Below the pieces are notes generated by a model that was not told where the DNA came from, searched no databases, and saw nothing but the letters and a program-made list of their open reading frames with translations. DNA of 64,000 nt, taken from positions 62,001 through 126,000 of the forward strand of contig ML978147.1 of NCBI GenBank assembly GCA_010015805.1, read 5' to 3'. Position numbers and translations under genes: made by a program. This DNA comes from Rhizodiscina lignyota (lineage: Eukaryota). This document shows positions 45,870 through 57,354 of the stretch, piece by piece (the stretch's first letter is position 1; every line of letters begins with the position of its first letter).

Positions 45870-47557
45870 TTACGCCCTCATGGCATCCAAGCCCTGCAGA
45901 TCTTGCTCTAGGCCATTCTGTACGCCCATACCGGCCTCCTGCGGCCTTGGATCTTCTTGACGGTAGCGGTAGTCGTCGCTGCTAGGCATCGGTACTTGCT
46001 GACCTGGCTGTTGCAAGCCAGGTTGCGGCGCGCCACTCGAGTGTCCGCCACGCACCATTTGCCTAAAGGTGCGCACCTCATCCAAGATCATCTTCTTCAT
46101 CTGGTTGACATCCTCCACAACCTCGAAGTGGAAGTCGAAGGTGGTCGGGCAAGTCGGCTCGTCGCTAGCGTCGTGCCAGATCTGGAGGTAGCGGTGCTCG
46201 AGGGCCTGCTCGACGCTGATGCGGCTTGACGGGTCGAAGGCGAGCATCTTGTCCAAAAGATCCAGGGCATCGGGGTTTGCGCCACGGAAGAGGGCGGCGA
46301 AGGATACCTTCTGCATGTATGGCAGGTTGCGGACGTACTCCTGGGCACGAGGCGAGCCAATGCGTGAGAGCGTCTCCTCGTTGGGCGTACCAAGGTAGTG
46401 CAGAATCTGGTTGAGCTGATCGACATAATCACGGCCTTTGAAGAAAGGCTTGCCACCAAGCAACTCGGCGAGAATGCAGCCAACGGACCAGACGTCAACT
46501 GTGGAGGCGTTAGTGCTGAAGTTCAACAAGTATATCGGGGTCATAGCATGAAGGCGATCTATGTGAAACTTACTGGCTTTTGTATAGCTCTGGAAGCTCA
46601 ACATGATCTCTGGAGCACGGTACCACCTCGTCGCGACATACTCGGTCATGTAGCCGGCGTTCTCCTCAGGATCGATGGAGAAGCCACGCGCGAGACCGAA
46701 ATCGGCAATCTTGAGCTCACAGTCGGCGTTGACGAGCAGGTTGCCAGGCTTTAGATCACGATGCAGAACGTTTGCCGAGTGAATGTACTTGAGACCGCAA
46801 AGAATCTGGTAGATGAATGACTGGAAGTGGGCGTCGGTGAGGGGCTGGCCAGAGCGAATGATGGCAGCAAGATCGCACTCCATCAGTTCTATTCGTGAAG
46901 TCAGCTCACTGATTACACGCTGGATATCCGTTCATTGATGACAAGCCACGAACCTTCATACAAGTAGGCCTCGTTGAAGCTGTCCGGACGTGGGATATCC
47001 ATATCGTACAAGCATGTGATCTGAGGATGATGTCAGTGCTTTACGCATTCCCCACAGATGTTGTTAGAGTCGAATAGAAACATACGTTGCGGTGTCCTGT
47101 TTATAGTTAGTCTAGATTTACTGCTACATCAATTTTGACTCCTCCCCTGGCTCAAATGTGAGGAGCCTAGAGAGTGCCGCAGGACAGACTCACCTCGGAA
47201 GTGCTGCAGAAGCTTGATCTCGCGCAGCGCGCGCTTGGCCAAAATCTTCTTGCTGAATACATTTGTGATCTTCTTGATCGCTACACCCTCGCCAGTTGAG
47301 TTGTTCGTGGCCGCACTGTAAATTTTCAGGCGTCAGCATGAGCCCCTCAGTCGCGCGGGATCTGTTGAGCCCGCAATAATCTTCCACTTCTTGTGCCCGA
47401 AGGACAATAAGACTGTTCCGGGGGCAAACTGGTGCAAGACGTACCAGACAATACCGTACGCGCCCTGGCCCAGCTCCTTCGTGACATTGTAGCGCTCGTC
47501 AACAACAAACTCCTGGTTGAAGACCTTGAAGACCTTGCGCCCTGCAAGATCCGACAT
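45870..47557 (-). CDS. SLT2: Cell-wall-integrity MAP kinase (Slt2/Mps1/MpkA orthologue), 418 aa
   Basis: Exons 47557-47445, 47315-47194, 47096-47086, 47020-46954, 46888-46574, 46498-45870. [31 protein letters not shown] (TEY), WHDASDEP and EDPRPQE. Confidence 0.97.
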
Positions 47558-50116
47558 GGCTGCGTACACACGTGTAGCGGAGCGCGAGCAGCTATTTGGA
47601 ATGGACGGCGAGAGCAGGCGGTCGTGTGCTCGCTTGGAGATGGAGGAGCGTGGGGAGGAAGCGAGTGAGGTTGATGCGGGCTGTGATGCGATGTGGTGGT
47701 GCGCGCTCCGCGGGGTCGACGAGGCACGAATGAGAGGACTCGTTCAGGCGCGCTGAGGTTGGTCGGGACTGGGAGCTCTATGTAGCTCCACACGCAAAAG
47801 AGGAAACAGGAGGAGACGCCGCTGCCGACGCCGGGATTGCAGGTAGGAGGTGTATATTGGGGGCTGACGGGGTGGGCAGTGTACGGCGGTGGTGGGGTTG
47901 TTGTGCGAGGCCTTGGAGACCTGCCCGAATGGAGAGCGCGACCTTGACTACTGCCCCCAGGCCGGAGACGGCGCGTACGCTTGTTCAGAAGCTGAGAATG
48001 CTCACCAGCAACAGTGCCAATCGCCCGCTCACTCAGCACCACACCAGCACTGCTCCAGCGCCTTGCACTCGAGTGGGAGCGATGGGGCGAAGGATCGTTA
48101 AGCTCGGCGAAGCGAGAAATTCAGGAACGGCACCCTACGACGTCGACGGATGGGCAGCAGAGGATAGAGCACGTCTCTTATAAAATTCGCCTTGTAAGGC
48201 TGCTTTCCAGCCTTTTGCATGACGAACAGGCATCGCAGGCATGGCGAGGGCACGTCTGCCGCTGGCGAGAGCTTCAATAGCCGCCGAAGATGTCGGCCTA
48301 CACACCGCGACTGGTGTCGGTCTGGCGGTACGTCGCATGTCGATACTATCGACACTAATCAAGCCGTCATACCTTTCTGCACGCGCGAGTGGAGTTTGTG
48401 GAGACGGATACACCGAGCCTCAAGGCCCGGGTATGCAGGGAGAAGCGGTGTGCCCCTGTCCTGCGTTGCTAATGTCGACCAGAGCGCCAAGGTCAAGCGA
48501 ATTTTCCTTCTTTCTGATACTTAATTGAACTCGACCATTTATCATCTTGACGGTCAAGCGTTCACCTTGTTCATGACCACCGCGCTAGGTCGACTGGCCC
48601 TATGACGACACACAACTGCTCTGCCTCGTGCGCATCTGCCCAGCCAAAAGGCGGTGACGGGACGCGTAGCTTCTCAAGCTCCAGAAGCTATTGCTGGAGC
48701 TCCGAGAGCTAGCCACATCTATTGGACAAGATGACATAGCTTTGCTGAGCTATCGACATTCCTAAATTCTTACCAATTCAACGGCCATTATGTTTAATCA
48801 CAGAAAATGACTCTCCCTGTCGCTCTTCCGTTCTCGTTCTCTCATGTCCAGAATCCGAATTCGATGCGTCTAGACGGCTGGTCACCAGTTTACATAGGCA
48901 AATAGAGCACTACTTTAATTAAAGGCAACCATCAACTTACAAACCGCACGGGCAGATGGAGCCTTGGTTTGCTTAAAGTTAGAAGATCAACTCATACTTT
49001 GCACTGGTGCGTAGAGCTTTACTTAAATTAACTATAGGCGCCCGACTTACAACTCGTACAGATATATAGAATTTCGATTCGACTTGGTGCAAGAGCTTGG
49101 CTTGCAAGTTATTCGGGTCAATCGAGTACCGCTTCCAGTAAATGCCGTCGCTCGACTTGGACACGCACCGATGCACAGAGAACATGATGTTGAATCAAAA
49201 TTGCCAGTTGGTGGCAGCAACGGTGGCAAGTACTGTTCTGAGCGACGATGGTACTGTTATTGCCGGACGGTTCGAGGCGAAGACGGCGAGGTACATGAAA
49301 GAACGTCTCTTGATATATAGTGCCGCTATCGCTACTGAGGCTCGTAAGCTTTGGATAGAGTAGCGCTGGGCGAAGGCCCCAATGACAGGTCACAGGCCCC
49401 AACATGCCCCTCCATGACAGAAGCGAACACGACGAAGGCGACGGCTTGTTGTCGTTCTTCGGGTTTATACGTGTATACGACAACACCAGGTGTCACTGAG
49501 CCAATAGTGCTGCAAAGCTCAACAAGCGCATCCCGCGATGACAATCAGCATAGAGGCCTTAGAGGTCCATTTAAAGTTTGCATATATTCGTAGAGCTTTG
49601 ATTCGATAGAACTACATCGAGCAACTCTTCAATCAGTTTTGGTTGCTTACCTTCGAATTTGCACAGGTAGTTCGAGCTTAGAGTCGATCGAATATAACCA
49701 TTCGTCGGACAGGAACACAATCCTGCTGCTCATTCAACAATCTCCATCTCCGCCCGTTAGTCGCACGGGGTCGCATCGAGGGAATCGTCTATCAGTTCAC
49801 ATTGATAAAGCGTCGATCGAAGCATGGAAGTCTTCTTCCACTCCCCGACGTGTGCCTGTTTGAGTGCAATGTCTTCCATAGCTTTGTGCCTGCGTGTCGT
49901 TTAAATTACTAATCATCACTTTCTTAAACTAGAAGCTGGGCAGGTCATGTGAGTCGCATGCTCAAGCTGTTAACATTCAAGGAAGTTGCTAAGACGAATT
50001 CAGATACGTCCGGCGGCCCCCATAGAAGCACCAACTTCCACTTCAAGAAGTCTTTACTACTAATTCACGCCCTGAAGGATACAGCTCCACCACCACGCCA
50101 AAATCACCACCTATAT

Positions 50117-51183
50117 CTAATAATCATAAAACACCAGAGCTCTCGCTTCGATGCTCTCCCTGGGATCCTTATCCTCCTCCGCAGGATTCGTAAACGCAGA
50201 GTGCGGGATTCTCCTCGCACGCCCATCGTCCAGCGAGTCGTAACACTTGATAAGCATCACCTCGTCCGGACGCTGTGCATACTTGAAGTACCACCGATGA
50301 CCCGGGTTCGGCTTAACGGTGTAAGTTTCTCCAGCACGATCTGCGTAGATCAATGCCGCGGCAACGAGATCGCTATCCGGGCAGGAGAGCGCGTCGGCGA
50401 CACCGAGTGGGTCCTTGTAGATCGTCTTGATCGGACGCCATACCTATGCATCAAGTCAGCTTGCTGTAAGAGACAGCGGGAGAAAAAAATGAAAGAAGAG
50501 AATTCTTACGTTGACAATCTGGAAGCGCTTTTTGAGCAGCTCATCTGCCTCGTCGGGAAGATGATATCGCACACGGCCCTCAGAAGCGGAGTAGGACTGA
50601 TCGATATGCACGCGCTTTCCTGGACCGCGCAGCTTGCCTTCCGGATCACGCTTGTCAACGGCCTGGCGGCGGATCGTGTGGTCAAAGATGAAGATGCGAG
50701 ACGCTCCGGTGCTACCCCCAGGCGGTGTTAGCATCCAATTGCTATCGTAGACATGACCGGTCCTTACGCATCCTTCAAGAGCTGCTCCGTCTCCGGATAG
50801 TACTCCGCCTTGATCTTGGCGTTGTCGACGAAGTCCTTCTCCTTGCTCTCACGCTTGTAGATCTGGAATCCATGGCTATCAAGCGTGTACTTGTCCTCGT
50901 CCCCGGAGATGTCGTGGATGGTGGTATCCACCTGAATTGTTGGGTGTTGGTAGTTAACCGTCTTTCTGATCTCATATATCAGCTTTCAAACTGTCAGAAA
51001 GAAAGACGAAGACAGAGCGTACCCCACATAGGTAGGAGCCGGAGGAGTTCCATCACCCGGATCATTGTAGTAGTTAAGCGTCGTGGCAACGTCGTGCTTC
51101 TTCAACTTCTTCTCCTGCACGAGCGGCTCGACGACTTGGCCGACAATGTTGCCAGGAGCACTCTGAACTGCAGCGGTAGCCAT
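50117..51183 (-). CDS. Second CmcJ/NvfI (AsaB-like) oxidoreductase, 295 aa
   Basis: Exons 51183-51023, 50965-50768, 50711-50510, 50443-50117. YTLDSHGF, YYPE.E.LLK.ATGA..I.IFDHTIR, RVHIDQS, NVWRPI, KCYDS, PHSAF and RESIEAR. Confidence 0.92.
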
Positions 51184-51560
51184 GATTGAATGTTTTCACA
51201 AATAAACTATCCTTCCGAAGATGTTAACGAAGTCTATCTCTTCACATCTCAATGTTTAGATATCAGAAATATATTGCCCCCGCAATGCGGGGTCAATTTG
51301 TCAGAATGCTCTGGACTTTGAGCACGCAATGCCATTCGGAAAGCATGCAACCTGAACAGCATGTATATCGAAGCCGCTCCATCCGCACGTCATGAGCTCC
51401 TTCGGGGATCATTGATCAATCACCTTTTCGAGTTCCAACGGTTCGGTGAGCTTACCGAGGACGGGCCGATACATCCCTTCGAAATTATATTTCATACCAA
51501 GTCAAAAGGGGTGAAGGATACGGGAATCTTGCATAGATTAGAAATCGGTATGTACATATC

Positions 51561-51570
51561 ATGGCATCAT
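51561..51570. promoter_or_regulatory. Possible CYS-3/MetR sulfur-regulon site
   Basis: ATGGCATCAT matches ATGRYRYCAT, 378 nt upstream of the CmcJ-like ATG. About one chance match is expected per 64 kb. Confidence 0.3.
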
Positions 51571-51662
51571 GAGCACTGTGAGTGACTCTGGCTCTATCAC
51601 GTCTTCTGTATATACCCCTACTCGCACAATATGTCTCCGATATTAGTGATCTATCACGACAT

Positions 51663-53501
51663 TCACTGCTCCGTCGTCGAAACGGGCTGCGAGCCCTTCG
51701 GCACCTGTACAATCTTCGTGATGGACGTGCCGTCGTCTAATACCTCTACAGCTTCCTCAAGCTGGTAGCCTTTCCAGCGGGGTATCAAAACTGTCACAAT
51801 ATACCAATAAAGAATGCCAAATAGAATGCTACGTTCGCGTTAGCTCTTAATGCAAGTTGTGCAAGTCAATAGGGAAACTCACATTGAGGTCCCAACGATA
51901 GCGTAGCTCACTTGTCCGAGATGCTCTATTAAACCAACTCCCTTCCTCGGTACAAATGGCGCAACTAATAACGCAATTGAAAGCGCAATTCGCAGCCAGA
52001 GCGCCGGGAGAAACGCCTTGTATGGCCTGTGCAAATCTGGCCGCTTGAATCGAAGCCAGATGAGTCCCAGTGTACTGGCAAGTCCGAAATACTGTGCCGG
52101 ATAGCCCTCCACGTCCAGAATGAAGGAGTATATGTTCTCAGCCGGAATGCATATGACGAGGAATGACGGGATGTAGTGCGTTATGAGTGCACCCATTGGT
52201 GCATGGAAGGGCTTCGAGGAGGATATGACGCGGGAGAAAGGGAGGAAGCCCTGGCGAGCAATTTCTTGGATTACTCGCGCCTGTCAAGTGTCAGTGGGTT
52301 GTTCCTTGTTTGAAAAATAGGTGATTCGACTTACGTGGCTAAATGAGACCACCATGACATTTCCAGCCGCGGAAATTGCTACCGCTAGTGGAAGCATCAC
52401 CTTTCCCACCTGAGCACCGAATACTCGCTCAAAGAATAGTGCCGCTATAAGCTCGCCCGAGTCCTTGATGTCTTCAATGGGAACGACTAGGAAGTACGCA
52501 ATATTGATAAAAAGGTAGAGAATACACGCCGTGAGTAGAGCGGTAGAGGCCGCAGATTTAAGTGTCTTGACTGGATTTTTGACCTCATTCAGAACGTTGT
52601 TGACGTTTTGGAGGCCGGCATAGGAGTAGAACACCTTGAACAATGCAGTTGAGATAATGCCCCAGTTCCATACGGAGCCTTCCCAAAGAAAGTCGCGGTT
52701 GATCTTTATGGGATGAGATGTCATGCTGGCCTCGTTGGTAGCTTCGTTGGGACGGAAAAGCACTACGAACAAGCTTGTGAAGATCATGAAAATCACTAGA
52801 GCAATCTTGATCCATCCCAGGACGTTCTGTATGAAAATCCCCGTCTTCAGGAAACAGCTGTGAACGATTATGATGGCCGTGAGCAACCCGAGGGCTAGAA
52901 GTTTCTGTTCGAATTTTGAGGCGTCCCGATCCAGAGCGAAGAAGACGTATTCACCGAAAACGATGCAGTTAGACGCTGTAAATCCGAGCAGGACCGACTG
53001 GACTCCGATGAGGACGGTGGCCAAGAATCGTGGGTGTCGATATGTGAACTCGAGGTACACCTTGTCACCTTCATTCCGTCAGCCCAGCTTAGGCGAACAA
53101 GTTCGATCAGACTTGCCTCCTGATCTCGGCAGCATAGTGCCATACTCGAGGGACACTGCCAGCCCGATCCAAGATAATAGAGCTCCGACTATCCATAATA
53201 TCAGAGTTATGCCTACACTCCCGACAGATCGCACGATCGCGCCAGGCGTCGCAAAGATACCGCTGCCGATTACTCGGGATATGATGAGGATGTACGCGCT
53301 GCTCCAGCCCAGGTTGCGGCCTAGCACCGCAGTTTCGGGTAGGACGTCATTCTCCACCGATCGATCGAGCTGGACGTTATTTGGCGGGTTTTCCTCGTCG
53401 TCTTTTAATATCGTGCTGTAGCTGGAGCTGCTGCCGTTGGGAGAACGGGCTCGCTCGAGAAGCGGTTCTTGATCAGGGGTTCGAGGTGGTGAAGACGCCA
53501 T
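51663..53501 (-). CDS. APC/LAT-family amino-acid permease, Mup1-like methionine permease, 560 aa
   Basis: Exons 53501-53117, 53068-52335, 52280-51883, 51828-51663. IGSGIFATPG, EYGTMLPRSGG|DKVYLE..Y..P, YSYAG....N.VLNEVKNP, QEIARQG.LP and RPDL.RPYKA. Confidence 0.93.
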
Positions 53502-54596
53502 TCGTACAGTTTCTACGGAGACACTACGAGAAGATGCAGGCGGTGAAAGGGGCTGGAGCGCGTACGAGTACGCGTCCTCTACAGACGTTATGACAGCTCA
53601 TGAAAAGCAAAGCACAGAAGGAACAGGAGGTTCATGAGATGTCATGAAGAGTCATATAGGAAAGGTAGAGCCTAACCAGTGGACGGTTGCCCATCACAAG
53701 GCATAGTGATGTTCAGGCAGATGATATATCATCTCACGGGCACTCTGAAACATGCTTCTGTGGCTGTCTTATCAACGCGTTCGCACCTCATCTTGCGGAA
53801 TATGGCGCAGGATTGCGTGACTGAGGTCCCTGCTTGGAATGGAATGTTAGCGAGCGCCCTCGAGACCGACACGTATTAGATCATTAGACCAACCGACGTC
53901 AGCAAGTGGCTGTTCCTCTACAAGAGCTTATCGTGGGGGGCAGCGAGCTGGACACATCATGCAGGTACTCCTCAGAGTCCACGACGAGTATCTTGGTCCG
54001 TTTGTTTGTCATCTCATCGAGCTCCCGTCGCTATGTATTGTGGGGGACCTGCGAAGGAGCTCCATGCGTTACAAAATAGCTGACCGCGACGAAGGCCAAA
54101 GGGGTTTGGTACAACCAAGTTTTACTCTCCCACGCAAGCGAGAGCATCGATGAAAGCTCAAAGTAATGTTGTTTCGGCAGCACCTGCTGACGTTGCACAG
54201 CGTTTAAGAAGACACAGCGCATCTCGATGGAAGAAACGACGCGACTTGGAAATTCGACATGTTGCAGAGACGGTGCGACTTTTTTGTGACACCATCACAG
54301 CAACTGTGCCTCGGCGATGGAGCCGTCTAATGGTAGAAGAGGCATTAACAGCTACCCCAAGCTTGAGAACTAAGTTACAAACAATGCAGGTGGCTTGCAT
54401 CCTCAACAAGTCGAGCTCGCTTTCCTTTGCATTCATTTGACGTTGCTGCCTATCAAAGCATAAGTTGTTGCTCTCGTACGATCTCGTACGATACCACTCA
54501 TTGAAGCAATTGGATTTCCCACGACTTCCATTATTGTTTGAGCGCTGCATTTTCACTTCCGATTACATACAGAACAAGAGACGAAAGGAGCAACAA

Positions 54597-55215
54597 ATGG
54601 CTGGCGAAAGGCAAGAAAACACCAGTGTATCCCAAACGGCACATCCAGTAACGAGGCTAACTTCCTCTTCATAGTCACCCCCTCCATCCTGCGACAGTAC
54701 ACTTTCCAATCACCCTATTGTTCCTTTCCTACGCCCTCGATATCACCCAGCAGTTCCCTTTCCTGACCACTTTCCCCATCGTTGGGCCCTTTTTACGCGA
54801 TATCAATCCTCCGAAGACATCATACTACCTCCTGTCCGTTGGCCTCCTTTCTGCCATCCCGGCCACTCTGACTGGCGGAATGGAGCTCTTCTACATGATG
54901 CAGCGCCAGGATCTCTTCAACAAGTTGTCAAAGAGCAACGACAAGCTGGGCGTGCTCAAGAACATGAACTACAGACTGTATATGGCTCTTATCCATGCGG
55001 CGGTGAATGATTTCTGCATAATGGGCAGCGCGTACAGCTTGTGGACGAGGAGGAGTACGAAGGGTTATGAACCCGACGTAGGACTTGTAATCATGAGTGC
55101 ACTCTTTGGGTTCTTCATGATGGGCGCTGCCAGCTTGGGAGGACAGTTGGTCTTTGATCATGGTGTTGGGGTTGTTGCGATGAATAGGAGGAATCGGGAT
55201 GAGAAGGAGAAGTAA
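54597..55215 (+). CDS. DUF2231-type membrane protein, 184 aa
   Basis: HPLHPATVHFPI, P..LTG..E, HA..N and LGG.LVFDHGVGV. The 5' end requires intron 54611-54674 (GC donor). Confidence 0.85.
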
Positions 55216-57354
55216 GAGAACCAAGACGGTCTGAATGGGATTGGATCTCAGTTCATTGGGCCAATTATGTTGAAATATACGGTTATGTCCGGGACAGAAC
55301 GAGGCTCTATCACTATGCATGGCTAGTTAGTAGTCAGTCGTGCCCAGTGGTGCGACGTAGATTATTATATGGCTGCCTGTGCCTGCTTACCGTCTGCTAT
55401 TTTCTCTCTTCTGCCTTCTCTCCTTTGAATTCATTTTCCGTCGTTCTCACATTCTTCTTGCGTGAGCTCTTGTCCACATATTGCGTATTTCGTTCCCTAG
55501 TCCAATGGTTCCTTCGCAACTAAGCTCAAACTTACATTCGAGGATTATACCTCAGGGATAGAGCGCGAGGAATTATTTCAGCTTACGCAAAATCTCTGCG
55601 AGACAGATCCAACTTATTTCAAGATATGTCGGCTGACAGGAGAGAAGACTATATACGAAATCTTCACCTGTATACTGCATTAGTACCCGACTACTTCCAC
55701 TGCCGAGTCCAAGGATTACTGATAAGACCAATTCTCATTTTATTTGCCTCATCGAAAACTATTACCCTTCGGCGACCTCGAAGGCGACTACATCGACATG
55801 TTTTCAAAGACGTCTTAAATCTAGTCAGTCGGTAAGAGATAAATCAGAGGGTGAAAGATATCCAGCACATAAGGACCCGAAAGACCACAAGATGTGGGTC
55901 GTCCATGTCATTACCAGATACGGCATCTGCATGCTTGGCATCCTCTCCTGGCCTCCGAACCAATACGGCAGAGACCTGCGAAGAAAGTACGACATACACG
56001 GAGGACCTTCATCAAGGAGGCCCTGCAGAAGCAGACCTGTTTTCGTGGCCACGAGCGAGGAACCGGAATATAGCACTATGCAAATCGCAAGTACATCATA
56101 GCAAAGACATCAGTGAACGTATCAGAGGCTCCCTTCGGTATATATGTTCCACCACTTCCCATAGAGCTTCCTTCCTCAGTCAACGTCGTTCTACACTAGT
56201 GGCTGAGATGGGCGGAGCCAGACGTCAGCAGAGCGAGAAGTCGTCGTATTCGAAACTTTGGAGGTTGCTGATGATCATCACCATCTCAACATCATAGCGA
56301 TCGCCATGTTGTCAGATGTGATAAGGCCTAGATGTATCCTCTAGCTACGTTACGAAAGAAAGCGACTATTTCGTCTTGCAACGATGGACAAGCCCGTGCT
56401 TGTGCCAGCCTGAAAGAGGAAGAGGTTAGTGCGATCAGCCATGGTGGGAATATGAGATCGAACGAACAGTTGCTCCTTCGGAAAATGAAAAGATACTTGG
56501 CACACATCGAAAAACCGAAAGAGGACAAAGATGGGAACATGAAGGGTGATTGAAGACAGCTGCAATCTTTCCAGTGGCGAAAGTCGCCAGATGAGAACAC
56601 TCCTGCTGAAGACCAATCATCTTCTCAGATCCAGAAGTCTATCGGAGAGCAAGGGCAGTGTTTTCACACTAATTTGAATCCCAGCTCGTTAGCACTATGG
56701 AAGTGCCAGAGGGTATTAGCTAGCCGCCCTTCCGTGTATATAAACTATCACTTCCCACGGAGCACCCTTTCTCGACCTTTCCCTACGTCCATAACTGCAT
56801 TCATCTACTTAAACGGACGCGCCGGTTCAAGGCCGGAGAGAGATCATCGCTGTAATCAAAGCCACAGGCGACACTGTTCACAGCACGGGAGCTATGCACT
56901 GCGTGTTCAGCATGCAGTTAACGAAACTGAATTTTACTCAAGTCGTTGCAAGGCGTATGAGCGAATCCTGCGCACAATTCAACATATCCTCCACGCACAA
57001 GTCAGTCAAGACTCAACCTTGTACAAATGTGACAACAACACCCTTCAGTAACAGGATCAATCGAGAGAAGGTGAGGAATCATTGATCATGATTGATGGTA
57101 TTACAAAGGCGTACAAAAGAGCCATCATCTCGGGAGTCCGAGGTCATTATTTACAAGTAGGTAATTCCCACAAAAGGGAATCCGTCAGGGAGCGTCATCA
57201 GCGAACCAATTGCGTTCGCGGCCGAAATCCAGCCCAGCCCAGCCCCAGGCCATGTACAAGCAGCGCCAAATCCGAACCTGCAGAAAAACATAGCGCCAGT
57301 CATGCAATTACCATGCCCATTTCAGTCCTTTCTCAGTTCCATGCCAGGGTCTAA

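Noticed and set aside
49949..51189. Long plus-strand ORFs (260 aa, 154 aa)
   Set aside because: These are antisense shadows of the CmcJ-like gene and have no motifs.
55600..56600. Short ORFs between DUF2231 and the protease-like gene
   Set aside because: There is no coherent splice model or motif. A relic is possible but unsupported.
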